From sequence record NC_061448.1: 64,000 nucleotides of DNA. One strand, given 5' to 3'. Under the pieces are notes generated by a model. The model saw only the letters and a program-made list of their open reading frames with translations, was not told where the DNA came from and did not search any database. The translations under genes were made by a program, and so were the position numbers. Each line of letters begins with the position of its first letter. Positions within the stretch are counted from its first letter, which is position 1. Shown piece by piece: positions 9,933 through 19,257 of the stretch.

Positions 9933-10475
9933 ATGACGGAAAAGATTACGCAGTTGGAGAAATGGTATGATGCGGCGAAAGTCGCATTCAAGATGGGCAC
10001 AGTCAATCCTGATGGTGACGCTGCGCTGCTGTTGGCAATCCATAAACGTCTGGTGAAAGAAGCCGAAGACGCAGGTGACGAAGACACTGTGACCGCAGCT
10101 CGTCTGAATCTGGAAGAGTTCCTTGCAGACTTGCGCAAAGAGCTTCGCATGTACGACCTGATCTGTCGTCGCTTCAACACTGACCTGTACCCGAACATCA
10201 AAGTCGGTGATGACGTCAAAATCTATATCGCGCTCATGGCTCAAACGCCGGGTAGTGCTGTAATGGCAATGACGTACCTGTATCTCGCTCGCTGCTACAC
10301 GCTGCAAGACATGATACTGAACTTTCTCCCGAACGGCTTCCCTGCTCACGATGCTCTCGGTCTTACGTGGAGCATTCAGAAAGGGAACAGTGATGCGTTT
10401 ACCGGAAATCTGGTGGACGATATTGAAACTGTAAATAGCCTGTACAATAAGATGTATAGCTCGGGAGATAAGTAA
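9933..10475 (+). CDS. hypothetical protein
   Basis: GAGG SD, 180-aa ORF. Confidence 0.75.
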   Translation: MTEKITQLEKWYDAAKVAFKMGTVNPDGDAALLLAIHKRLVKEAEDAGDEDTVTAARLNLEEFLADLRKELRMYDLICRRFNTDLYPNIKVGDDVKIYIALMAQTPGSAVMAMTYLYLARCYTLQDMILNFLPNGFPAHDALGLTWSIQKGNSDAFTGNLVDDIETVNSLYNKMYSSGDK

Positions 10476-11068
10476 TGGATTTGTCCGCTATCGGTTACGC
10501 CCCGAAGCAGTTTCGAGTAATCCCCGTTGAGAAGGGCAATCTCGTTACTGACTTCATTCAAGGTAAGTTCCGCGTTATCGGCGTTGAGTGCAACGCTCGT
10601 GGTGCTTACGGTAGTCCTATTCAAAAGAGTATTGCACGTCGCTTCCCGGAAGTTGTGCGCAAGGTCGAATCAATCGACTACGAGCACGAACTGACAATCG
10701 GTAAGACGCACATGATCCGTGTCGGTACTCAATATCGCCGCAATCTGTTTGTTGCTAACATGCACATTGCTCGCGGTTTTGGTTTGGGTCTCAATGGTTC
10801 TTCTGCTGGTGCTCACAAGCCTATCAATCGTTTCAGTGAGAAGTTCCTCACGCGAGCGTTTGAAGACTTGCTGGAGCAGTGCGATAGAGAGAACATTGCA
10901 GTTGACCGGCAGATCGCTATTCAGCGTTTCTATGGCGGACTCGGCGGGGTTTCGTGGGAAGAAGTATGTGTGGTGCTCGACGCTATCTGCGAGAAGTATC
11001 AGTTCAACATGTACGCCTATCTCCCTCGTAACTACAACACTAACTTTGTGCGGGGCGTTGCGCAATAA
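10475..11068 (+). CDS. macrodomain protein (TARG1/DarG-like)
   Basis: EKGNLV, ECNARGAYGSPIQKSIARRFPE and FYGGLGGVSWEEV resemble GDL / NCxGxMGxGIA / GCGLGGLxW. Confidence 0.65.
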   Translation: MDLSAIGYAPKQFRVIPVEKGNLVTDFIQGKFRVIGVECNARGAYGSPIQKSIARRFPEVVRKVESIDYEHELTIGKTHMIRVGTQYRRNLFVANMHIARGFGLGLNGSSAGAHKPINRFSEKFLTRAFEDLLEQCDRENIAVDRQIAIQRFYGGLGGVSWEEVCVVLDAICEKYQFNMYAYLPRNYNTNFVRGVAQ

Positions 11069-11083
11069 CTCTGGGGTGTATTG

Positions 11084-11425
11084 ATGAATACAATACGCGG
11101 ATTTGATTGGCTCTTTTACGGAGATGGAACCGATAGTGGCCAACACTCAATTTTAAGTATCGTCGTTGAACAAGCGACGAAATCAATACAGGTAGAAGTG
11201 AAGCCGGGATGCGCCGTGCCTGTAATTCAAGCGATTCAGGAAAATGAAGTCCTGTACGCTCAAGCTGATAACGGTCTGTATCGAGTTCGCTATAGTTGCT
11301 CGTTCCGCAATCTTGATGCTAACGTTTTCCCGAAAGACAAAACAACCTTCCGTTTGAAACTCATTGCATGTGATTTTCTTGCGGGCGTAACAACGCACGA
11401 TAAGATGTCGGAGTACGTGCCATGA
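11084..11425 (+). CDS. hypothetical protein
   Basis: ORF in the + strand run. Confidence 0.65.
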   Translation: MNTIRGFDWLFYGDGTDSGQHSILSIVVEQATKSIQVEVKPGCAVPVIQAIQENEVLYAQADNGLYRVRYSCSFRNLDANVFPKDKTTFRLKLIACDFLAGVTTHDKMSEYVP

Positions 11426-12183
11426 TTACTGTACAGAAAATTGAAGCCCGTTTAAAGAGACTGGACTATACTCGGCCCTCACCTAGTCGTGAGATGCTTG
11501 AGGGACTTATGAAAGATGGACGCACACGCATTCTTAGCAAATCAGCTACGAGTGATCTGTGCAAAGACTCGTTGGAATACTTCGAGTTCTGTCTTTCTCA
11601 GGTCGGCTCTTTCTGTACTGCTTCGTACAATGCTGTGGAGATTGGTCTGTCTCTCAACATTCAACCTATCTACATCGCTGCTGCAATTCATCTTTACGGC
11701 AGTGACTGGGAGTTCCGTTTCCTTGAGCTTAAACGCTTCGGCCAGTTAGCTCGCGGTGATTACTCTGTGTGGAAATCTGCGGGCAAGTGGTTTGGTTTGG
11801 GTGAATGTCGTCGTCGCATGGTACGCGCTGGCGCAACATCTGAAATCTCAAGCGGACAGTCTATTCTGCGTATGGCAGTACGCAAAGGTGAGATGGACAA
11901 GATTCGTGAGATAGCAGAGAAGCATCCGCATCGCATGATGTCCATTCTCGATCCGAAACGCGAACCACTGTACACTGACCCTCGTATCGTTGCGTCTAAG
12001 AAAGCGCGTGAGAAAGCAAAAGCTGATGCCGCTGCCACCGGTAAGAAGTTAGCCGAGCCTCGTGCGTACAACGATCTTGCTGCTGTGTTCAACGGTCCTA
12101 TCACTCCTCCTGATAAGACTCGTGGCTTTAGCGATTCGTCTGAGACACGCGGTACAGTTAACGGTCGTCGTTTTCGCGTCTAA
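11422..12183 (+). CDS. hypothetical protein, basic
   Basis: GGAG SD, 253 aa. Confidence 0.75.
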   Translation: MITVQKIEARLKRLDYTRPSPSREMLEGLMKDGRTRILSKSATSDLCKDSLEYFEFCLSQVGSFCTASYNAVEIGLSLNIQPIYIAAAIHLYGSDWEFRFLELKRFGQLARGDYSVWKSAGKWFGLGECRRRMVRAGATSEISSGQSILRMAVRKGEMDKIREIAEKHPHRMMSILDPKREPLYTDPRIVASKKAREKAKADAAATGKKLAEPRAYNDLAAVFNGPITPPDKTRGFSDSSETRGTVNGRRFRV

Positions 12184-12233
12184 CATCTGCGAACGGTAAT
12201 TTCTGCTGTCAAAACAAATAACGGAATTTAATC

Positions 12234-13004
12234 ATGAGCAACGTTGATAAAACAATGCCTGTCGGCCGCTGGGAGTTCAATGAGCCAGTTGCTTCTGTGT
12301 TCGATAACATGCTGCAAAACTCAATCCCCTCCTACGACCGTATGCGTGATCTGACCTATCGTCTGGGTCGTCAGTTCGTAACTCCCGGTACTGCTATCGT
12401 TGACCTCGGTGCGTCACTCGGCCGCGCTATCGAACCGTTCTGTGCTGAGTTCGGTGAGTATCGTTACCATCACGCAGGTGACCGTCCTATTCCTGACGAA
12501 GAAGTCGGTAACCTGTACTGCTGCTACGAAGTCGCGCCAGCAATGCTTGAGCGTCTGCGTGAAAACGAAGTGCTGAAACAGGCTAAAGCGAAAATCAGTA
12601 GCGAGTCGCTGGTGGAAGTAGACACGTTCCGCTTCGACGAACAGGTTGAGTGTTCACTCATTCTGTCTGTGCTTACTCTCCAGTTCACGCCGATTGAACA
12701 TCGTCAGCACATTCTGGAGAAAGTGTACGATAGCCTTGAGAAAGGCGGCGCGTTCATCCTCGTTGAGAAAGTTCTCGGTGATGACAACTTCCTCGACCGT
12801 CTGCTGGTAGATACGTACTACGGCATGAAAGGCGATAACGGTTACTCGCAAGAAAGCATTGCGACGAAACGTAAAGCGCTTGAGGGCGTACTCGTACCTG
12901 TCAAAGCCGCGTGGAACGAAGAACTGCTGCGCAAAGCTGGCTTCGACCGCGTTGAATGTTTCTACCGCGATCTTAACTTCGCTGGATGGATCGCAATTAA
13001 GTAA
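12234..13004 (+). CDS. cmoA: carboxy-S-adenosyl-L-methionine synthase (CmoA homolog)
   Basis: Aligns by eye end to end with E. coli CmoA: WEFNEPVASVFDNMLQNSIPSY, DLGASLG, LTLQF, GGAFILVEK, NGYSQESIATKRKALEGVL, LRKAGF, LNF. The Arg199-equivalent is retained (12870-12872). Confidence 0.88.
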   Translation: MSNVDKTMPVGRWEFNEPVASVFDNMLQNSIPSYDRMRDLTYRLGRQFVTPGTAIVDLGASLGRAIEPFCAEFGEYRYHHAGDRPIPDEEVGNLYCCYEVAPAMLERLRENEVLKQAKAKISSESLVEVDTFRFDEQVECSLILSVLTLQFTPIEHRQHILEKVYDSLEKGGAFILVEKVLGDDNFLDRLLVDTYYGMKGDNGYSQESIATKRKALEGVLVPVKAAWNEELLRKAGFDRVECFYRDLNFAGWIAIK

Positions 13005-13011
13005 GGGAAGT

Positions 13012-14277
13012 ATGATGAAAGTAAACGGGCGTATCTTAGCAATCGTGCCTCACAAGACTCTTCTGGACAGAACCAAGTCTGGTGTTGGTGCGTACATTGA
13101 TGGACTCGAAGACTATGGCTTCTGCGACTTCATCACTGACGGTGAAAACAGCTCTGTTACCAAGAGCCAGTGGTTTAACTACGGTGATACCACTCTGAGC
13201 GACGGGTACAAAGTTGGTCACATTCAAAGTGCTCTGCTCGAAGCGCTTGATCGCACTCCGTATCGTGCAATCATCTGTAGCACCTACGAAGCTGTCGAAG
13301 CTGCTGTCGGCCTTGGGCTGCCTAAGATTATGCCTGTTTACTACCGTTCGCATAACAGCTTCCTGTTGACGCAAGACCTGAACGGACTTGGTGCTGAGAA
13401 GATGCACCGTGCGCTGCTGCAAGCTCCTGTTACAGGTCTGCGTATCTTAGCGAACTGCGACTCGACTGCGCGTGTGCTGTCTGAGATTTATAAAACTGAG
13501 GCTGCTGTCGCGTACAACGCATTCAGTGTATCAGACTACAATCCACCAGCGAAGCGTAAACCCTCGCTGCTGATTATCTGTCGCTACGAAAAGGTTAAGC
13601 GTCCTACGTTTGCTGCGCGTATCGCTGCTGCGTCTGGTCTGCCTGTTCGTGTGATGACCGGCTCTGACCGTCAAGTCAAGAGCTGGGAGAAAGAGCTTGC
13701 TGATGCAGGCGTGAAAGATTACCAAGTCGTTAGCGGTCTGTTCGGTGACGAGAAGATGGCGTTCATCGGACAATGTACCGTAGCGCTTTCGTGTGCCGAA
13801 GTAGAGTCATTCGCTAACGGTGTACGTGAGACTATCCCGTACTGCCCTACGTTCGTTGTGCAAACTTCTAAGTACGATTGGGCGCGAGACTATACGCGCT
13901 TCTGCTCTGAGAACAAGCACATCCACATTCGCACTGTTGATCGTGTGACTGCGAAAGAGGTGGAAGAACTCGGCAACGAGATTGCTTACTGGGCTTGCAC
14001 TAAGTACCTGACAAAAGCTGAACGTACTACGCTGCTGACCGAATGGTGCAAGCGCGTAGACAAAGGCTGGGCTGACTTCATGAAGAATGCAGTCGTGCCC
14101 GATGACGGCAAGCCGATGAAGACCGACCTGTCGAAAGAACTCGAAGAAAAAGGCGTAGTAGACTGGTCGAAGACGCAGACGTTAATGCGTACTGTAAAAG
14201 CTATACACAAGTGTCATGCTCGTATGGGCCTGACGTTCGATGGCACCAAAATCAAAACGAAAGGGAAGAAGAAATGA
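13012..14277 (+). CDS. GT-B fold glycosyltransferase (GT4-like or phage DNA alpha-glucosyltransferase-like)
   Basis: SGVGAY near the N-terminus, ICRYEKVKRP, ESFANGVRE (ExFG...E-like). Start corrected to ATG 13012. Confidence 0.7.
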   Translation: MMKVNGRILAIVPHKTLLDRTKSGVGAYIDGLEDYGFCDFITDGENSSVTKSQWFNYGDTTLSDGYKVGHIQSALLEALDRTPYRAIICSTYEAVEAAVGLGLPKIMPVYYRSHNSFLLTQDLNGLGAEKMHRALLQAPVTGLRILANCDSTARVLSEIYKTEAAVAYNAFSVSDYNPPAKRKPSLLIICRYEKVKRPTFAARIAAASGLPVRVMTGSDRQVKSWEKELADAGVKDYQVVSGLFGDEKMAFIGQCTVALSCAEVESFANGVRETIPYCPTFVVQTSKYDWARDYTRFCSENKHIHIRTVDRVTAKEVEELGNEIAYWACTKYLTKAERTTLLTEWCKRVDKGWADFMKNAVVPDDGKPMKTDLSKELEEKGVVDWSKTQTLMRTVKAIHKCHARMGLTFDGTKIKTKGKKK

Positions 14278-15308
14278 ACGTGATTGGTGATATCTATAAT
14301 ATTCCGCAACCGTACGCGATGTTCTGTGGTAACGCCACGACGAAAGCAATGGCGAAGATCACTGCCGGTATGGTTGAGTGGGCGTCAGAGAAAGTCTGCT
14401 GTGTAGTTGACGACGCTAACAACCTGTTCCCTGAAATGCCTCACGTTGAAATTCGTGACCTCGATAAGACCGATGCAGAAACTCTGGTTATCGGGTTTGC
14501 CCCGTTCGGCGGTCAGATTAACGAAGACATTGATCGCGCTATTCGCTCTGCGCTGTCTCGTGGCCTGAACGTTGCTGCTGCGCTGCACGTTAAGCTGGCA
14601 GACAATGCTGAATACTGCGCTCTGGCTAATCAGTATGGAGTGAAGCTGTATGACTTCCGCCACCACCCTGAGCAATATCCTCTGGGCACTGGTCTGCCTC
14701 GTGCCGGTGTTCGTGTTCTTACTGTTGGTACTGACTGTTCGTGCGGTAAGAAATACACTGCACTCGCACTGACCAAGAAGCTGACCGAGCTGAAACAGAA
14801 AGCTGTGTTCTGCGCTACAGGCCAAACGGGTTTCCTGATTAGCGGTCGTGGCATCAACAACGACACTGTGGTTGCTGACTTCCTTGCTGGTGCTGCTGAG
14901 TGGCTGTCACCTGCTGACGAAGAAGCTATCTATCTGATTGAGGGTCAAGGTGCGCTGCGTCATCCAGCTTACACTGGTGGCAGCATGAGTCTGATTGCTG
15001 GCTCTCAGCCCGACGCTCTCGTTGTCTGCCACACTGTTGGCCGCAACTTCATGCTGAACACCGAGCGTGAGATCAACCTCGTTGACGAGATCGCTGCTAA
15101 CATCGACGCTGCTGCGATGCACGACTGGTACCCTAAAGTTGTTGGTATCAGTATCAATTTCTGCGAAGTGAAGATGACGAAGAAAGAGCGTGAAGTATAT
15201 CTGCGTAGTCTTTCTTTGAGCAGTGGCTACGTGGCTTTCGACCCACAAGCCGGCGGTGAAGAGTTCGACCGCGTTGCTCACTACATCACGACGCTGAAAC
15301 GCCGATGA
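14274..15308 (+). CDS. DUF1611 family protein (DgcN-like, P-loop)
   Basis: VGTDCSCGKKYT, ATGQTGFLI, ADFLAGAAEWL, IEGQGALRHPAY, GSQPDALVVCH. Confidence 0.85.
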   Translation: MNVIGDIYNIPQPYAMFCGNATTKAMAKITAGMVEWASEKVCCVVDDANNLFPEMPHVEIRDLDKTDAETLVIGFAPFGGQINEDIDRAIRSALSRGLNVAAALHVKLADNAEYCALANQYGVKLYDFRHHPEQYPLGTGLPRAGVRVLTVGTDCSCGKKYTALALTKKLTELKQKAVFCATGQTGFLISGRGINNDTVVADFLAGAAEWLSPADEEAIYLIEGQGALRHPAYTGGSMSLIAGSQPDALVVCHTVGRNFMLNTEREINLVDEIAANIDAAAMHDWYPKVVGISINFCEVKMTKKEREVYLRSLSLSSGYVAFDPQAGGEEFDRVAHYITTLKRR

Positions 15309-16249
15309 AAGTCTTAATCGACCGTGCCGCGTTAGCGAGTAATGCGGCCTATTTAAACTCACTCGCTCCGTCCATGATTCCGGTTGTGAAAGGTAATTTC
15401 TACGGACATGGTTTAGATTGCGTGACAGCATTCGCCTTAGGGTTTGAGGTGCTCGCAGTTCATAGCGACCGCGAAGCACTTGCGCTGCGTCAGTTAGAAC
15501 TCGACAACACGCTGTTAGTTCTCGGCGGCACCGACAGTCTCATGTGGAATACAGTGCCTGTGCTGAACGCAGAGCAAGTCGGTACGTATGGAGGCCGATA
15601 CGCTGTGTTTGCTGATTGGGGTTGTCGTCGTATCAACGTCAAACCTGAACAGCTTACGCATCCACCAGCGTTGATTCTCGTTCACTCGGATGACTATCGT
15701 GTGCCTGTGTCTGAGTACGACGCTAACGAGATCGCCCAGCGCTACAACGTGCCTCTGTCTATGCTGTCTGTTGGTTCGAGCATGAACGTGCTTAATCAAT
15801 ACGCACCGAAGTTGAAGCCGCGTGTTGGCATGGCGCTTACCGGATATAGTAGCGATGAAACTGTGAACGGTAATTTGTGCGTAGCGAAGACAGTGCTTGC
15901 TCGTATCTGCGATAAGCTGGATGCGGGCCGAGTATTCGGTTACGGTGCATTAGTACCGAACTGCGCGGACAAGTTCTTGTACTCGATTGATGTGGGTTAC
16001 TACGACAACCTGTATCAGTCTGACAACAACACACCTGTGCATTGCCCTGACGTGCCACACGCGCAAGTCACGTTGCTCACAGGCGTTGCCCACGCAATCA
16101 GCATGAACCATGCCTTCGTATTGTCAGATACTGAGCTACCGTTTGACTCCGATATTGAACTACTCGGACCTAACGTTCGCGCAGACTATCTGGCTAAACT
16201 TCACGGAACAACAACTGCGAATATTTTAAGGCTGGGTAATCATGGCTAA
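15305..16249 (+). CDS. alr: PLP-dependent alanine racemase-like enzyme
   Basis: VVKGNFYGHG (PLP Lys29), PRVGMALTG, GYG, VGYYD, ISMN (vs VCMD). Confidence 0.82.
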   Translation: MKVLIDRAALASNAAYLNSLAPSMIPVVKGNFYGHGLDCVTAFALGFEVLAVHSDREALALRQLELDNTLLVLGGTDSLMWNTVPVLNAEQVGTYGGRYAVFADWGCRRINVKPEQLTHPPALILVHSDDYRVPVSEYDANEIAQRYNVPLSMLSVGSSMNVLNQYAPKLKPRVGMALTGYSSDETVNGNLCVAKTVLARICDKLDAGRVFGYGALVPNCADKFLYSIDVGYYDNLYQSDNNTPVHCPDVPHAQVTLLTGVAHAISMNHAFVLSDTELPFDSDIELLGPNVRADYLAKLHGTTTANILRLGNHG

Positions 16250-17111
16250 ACACGTTTTGCGCAAGCTGTTTGAACAGCACGTTAAAGCAGAGGTCAAAGA
16301 CAACAAGGTGGCAGTGCTGCTGTCCAGTGGTCTTGACGGACTCGTTAGCGGGCTTGCTGCCCATGACTTAGGAAAGAAGGTACACGCCTTTACTTTCCAG
16401 ATGGGCGACAACGAAAGTTTCGACAGCAAACACGCGCGTAAAGTCGCAGAGAAGATGGGCTGGGAGTTCACGCTTGTGAAAGTACCGACGTCTGACAGCG
16501 CTATCGTGCAGGGTTGGAAAGCGCTTCACGCGAAGTACCGCTGTGTTAAGAAGCGTGACTATGAGTGTGCATATCCTATGGTGTATTGCTACAAGGCAAT
16601 CAAGGATGCAGGTTACAAGTACGTACTGAGCGGCCTTGTCGCTGATGCTTACTTCTGTTTTGCGCGTAACACTCACATCGCTAAAATCAGCGGCCCGCAT
16701 AGCGTACTCGAAAAGTTCGACGAGTATCGCAAAGCATACTGGGCACCGTGGTTCAAGAACGGTAAGAAGTCTCTCGGCGTTGACGGTTATAACCCAAGCG
16801 GTATGCTGCAACACGAAATGCTGTGCGACTCTTTCGGCCTGACCCACGTTAACCCGTGGCTGATGAAGAAAGTCCATGACTACTTCATTGGTCGTTCGTG
16901 GCAAGAACTAAATCAACCCAAGCAGAAAATGCCAATAACAGAAGCATGGGCTGATCACATCGCGGTTGTAGGCCATCGCCCGCATCGCGGTTATCAAACA
17001 GAAGCTGGAGTACCTGCGTACTTCGAACGCTTACTGGATAATCCTGAGATCAACTTCAACGGTCGCAAGCGTGTTATGGATCTTGCGCGTGATTGGTCAA
17101 CGAGGACTTAA
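16242..17111 (+). CDS. asparagine-synthetase-like ATP-dependent amide ligase lacking the glutaminase domain (CmoY-like candidate)
   Basis: PP-loop VAVLLSSGLDG, FTF, D...ARKVAE, YVLSGLVADAYF; only 289 aa with no Ntn domain. Confidence 0.75.
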   Translation: MAKHVLRKLFEQHVKAEVKDNKVAVLLSSGLDGLVSGLAAHDLGKKVHAFTFQMGDNESFDSKHARKVAEKMGWEFTLVKVPTSDSAIVQGWKALHAKYRCVKKRDYECAYPMVYCYKAIKDAGYKYVLSGLVADAYFCFARNTHIAKISGPHSVLEKFDEYRKAYWAPWFKNGKKSLGVDGYNPSGMLQHEMLCDSFGLTHVNPWLMKKVHDYFIGRSWQELNQPKQKMPITEAWADHIAVVGHRPHRGYQTEAGVPAYFERLLDNPEINFNGRKRVMDLARDWSTRT

Positions 17112-17112
17112 T

Positions 17113-17733
17113 ATGTTTGTACACATCATTGACGGCAGTGTAGGCGGAAACTACGTAGCGGAGAAACTGCGTGAGGCAAATATCAATTGCCGCGTTCACT
17201 CTCCAAACAACCCACGTGTTCGTGCTGTTCATGCCCCGTACCCTTCTCTTTCGATGGGTCACACAGAGCAGGAGATTGACCATCATATCAGTCAAGTGCT
17301 CGGTACGTTTCGTGGTCTGTTCTTGATTAGCAGCTACGTGGGTTCGCTGGTGGCTCGCAACATGATTGACCAATGTGGCCAGAGTCACAACATCATTTAT
17401 TGCGATGATCTGCAATGTGGATCTATGCCTGTTGTTGCTTCCTCGATTTCTGTAAATGTATATCAGAAGCAACGACGACTCGGACGTATCGCTGGTCGAC
17501 TCAAGCACTTCGATGTTGACCACGAGTTCATTGTCGCAGACAAGGCTGTGCGTTTCGCGGCAGGGTCAGAGTTCGATGAACACGATGCACGTAAAGAACT
17601 GGACGACACGCCTAAGTTCTTATCGAGTCCGTCAATGATTGTTGCTGCACACAAACTCGGTGTGAAGCGCAGCATGTATCACAACTATGCAGGTCTGGTG
17701 CGAGAGTTCCTTGAAAAGCGCCAGCAGCAATAA
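17113..17733 (+). CDS. possible divergent Asp/Glu racemase (MurI)-fold protein
   Basis: N-terminal HIIDGSVGGNYVAEKL resembles MurI IGVFDSGVGGLSVL; the catalytic ACNTA motif is not clearly retained. Confidence 0.4.
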   Translation: MFVHIIDGSVGGNYVAEKLREANINCRVHSPNNPRVRAVHAPYPSLSMGHTEQEIDHHISQVLGTFRGLFLISSYVGSLVARNMIDQCGQSHNIIYCDDLQCGSMPVVASSISVNVYQKQRRLGRIAGRLKHFDVDHEFIVADKAVRFAAGSEFDEHDARKELDDTPKFLSSPSMIVAAHKLGVKRSMYHNYAGLVREFLEKRQQQ

Positions 17734-17745
17734 CGCGAGGGCACG

Positions 17746-18009
17746 ATGATTAATCGCTTTCAGTTAAAACGAGTTCCGGTGATTCAAGCCTGTCAGTGGA
17801 ACGGAGAAAACGTTGAGGAGATGAATGAGTTTCTCAACGGCAGCGGTTACGTTGTAGGGCGTTACGTTCAAATCGGAGTGACTGACCAGTATGGTAAGCC
17901 GACTCTTGCAAACGTAGCAGTTGGCAACTACGCAGTGAAAAACGAAGACGGTAAATACGACGCGATCACTGCGTCTGACCTGCACACTAATTACGTGTTG
18001 GCAGATTGA
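17746..18009 (+). CDS. conserved phage hypothetical protein
   Basis: KRVPVIQACQWNGEN N-terminal pattern common in phages; GAGG SD. Confidence 0.7.
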   Translation: MINRFQLKRVPVIQACQWNGENVEEMNEFLNGSGYVVGRYVQIGVTDQYGKPTLANVAVGNYAVKNEDGKYDAITASDLHTNYVLAD

Positions 18010-18013
18010 GGGA

Positions 18014-18472
18014 ATGATGAATCTTTTTTCTATTCTGAAACAGCAAGTGAAGAAAGCGCTGTCTACCGAAGCGAACCACGAACCGGAAGTACGCGCTCTG
18101 TTTGACTGGCGATACTCTGTTGAGATCAAAGGTCAGATGTACATTGTCGGCAAGACAGGGGCGAACACCTGCTTCTATATCGAGCCGGGAACGTCTGAGC
18201 CTATCGCGTGTTATCCTGACAAGTTGATCGAGAAGATTGACGAGTGGGGAGGCAGCAAGTACGTGTCGTTTGCAATCTACTTCAAACACTTCGACAGCCC
18301 GGTCGCCGAGAACTTAAAGACTCTCGAAAAGGCAATGTCCGGCAAGCCGAAGACGTTTAAGAAGGGTTACTTCATTTGCGGTGTAACTCCGAAAGGCAAG
18401 CGCATCAAACTCTATCGACTGCAACAGGGACTTAGCGGTATGCAGTGGGTGGAAGTCGAACCTAAAAAGTAA
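18014..18472 (+). CDS. hypothetical protein
   Basis: GAGG SD. Confidence 0.75.
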   Translation: MMNLFSILKQQVKKALSTEANHEPEVRALFDWRYSVEIKGQMYIVGKTGANTCFYIEPGTSEPIACYPDKLIEKIDEWGGSKYVSFAIYFKHFDSPVAENLKTLEKAMSGKPKTFKKGYFICGVTPKGKRIKLYRLQQGLSGMQWVEVEPKK

Positions 18473-18500
18473 TCACGGTCTGTCCGTGTGAGGAGCAAGT

Positions 18501-18794
18501 ATGATTAGTGACATTACAGAAGGTCACATTTATAAATCCCCAGGCAATAATCCCTATCAAGTGGACAGCATTGCCGCACACGGACAACATCAAGAACTCC
18601 AGATGATCGTCTACACTAACCTGTCAGACACTTCTGGTTTCCCTATCGGAAAGAAGTTAGTTCTTGAGCGTCATGTGTTCTGCAATCTGTTCTCTGAGTA
18701 CAATTCAGGAGAATACCATGAGCACAACAACGCTGTATCAACATCTGCTGACGAGAGGCCTAAATCCTGGCTCTTATCATTGCTGGCTAAGTGA
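18501..18794 (+). CDS. DUF1653-like SH3-fold protein
   Basis: GHIYKSPGNNPYQVDSIAAHGQHQELQMIVYTNL. Confidence 0.6.
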   Translation: MISDITEGHIYKSPGNNPYQVDSIAAHGQHQELQMIVYTNLSDTSGFPIGKKLVLERHVFCNLFSEYNSGEYHEHNNAVSTSADERPKSWLLSLLAK

Positions 18795-19234
18795 AACGCA
18801 AATGACCGTGCCGCTGTTCGGCTTTGACAGAGCACTGCGTGGTCTACAGGTCTACACACCAGATGCACCAAAGCACGACGCTAACCCGAAAGCATGTCGT
18901 TACTTCACGCAAGCATTCGGTGGCAAGCAGTTGGTGTGGGGATCAGAAATTAAACCTGTGCGGGTCGACCGTTTTCTTAACTGAGTCAGTATTCAAGGCA
19001 TGTGCGCTTCATCGTCTTGGACTCAACGCTTGGTCCGTTCTGGGTTCTGATGTTAGTCTACATCTCTATCGTCAGTTGCGTCTTCTAGGTCTACGCTTCG
19101 TTTGTCTCGGTGACGACGACGCAGCGGGTGAGAAATTCAGTCAGACGTTTAGACTGGGTGCCACCAGCAAAGACCTCGATGAAATGACAGACGAGGAACT
19201 TCTCGATTTAACAATGCCCTTCGTGAGGAAGTAG
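18718..19234 (+). pseudogene. primase-related Toprim protein split by a +1 frameshift (about 171 aa if joined)
   Basis: Frame A from ATG 18718 runs to LVWGSE and stops at 18984. Frame B continues LNLCGSTVFLTESVFKA...LGDDDAAG...KDLDE. Removing one A from GAAATTAAA (18946-18954) restores a single ORF. Confidence 0.65.
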
Positions 19235-19257
19235 CCCTGAAAACTTTCTGCGTGATA

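Noticed and set aside
15305-17733. Racemases as ordinary peptidoglycan-support auxiliary metabolic genes
   Set aside because: Not excluded but disfavoured: they are coupled to cmoA, the GT and an amide ligase, with no Mur or Ddl genes nearby.
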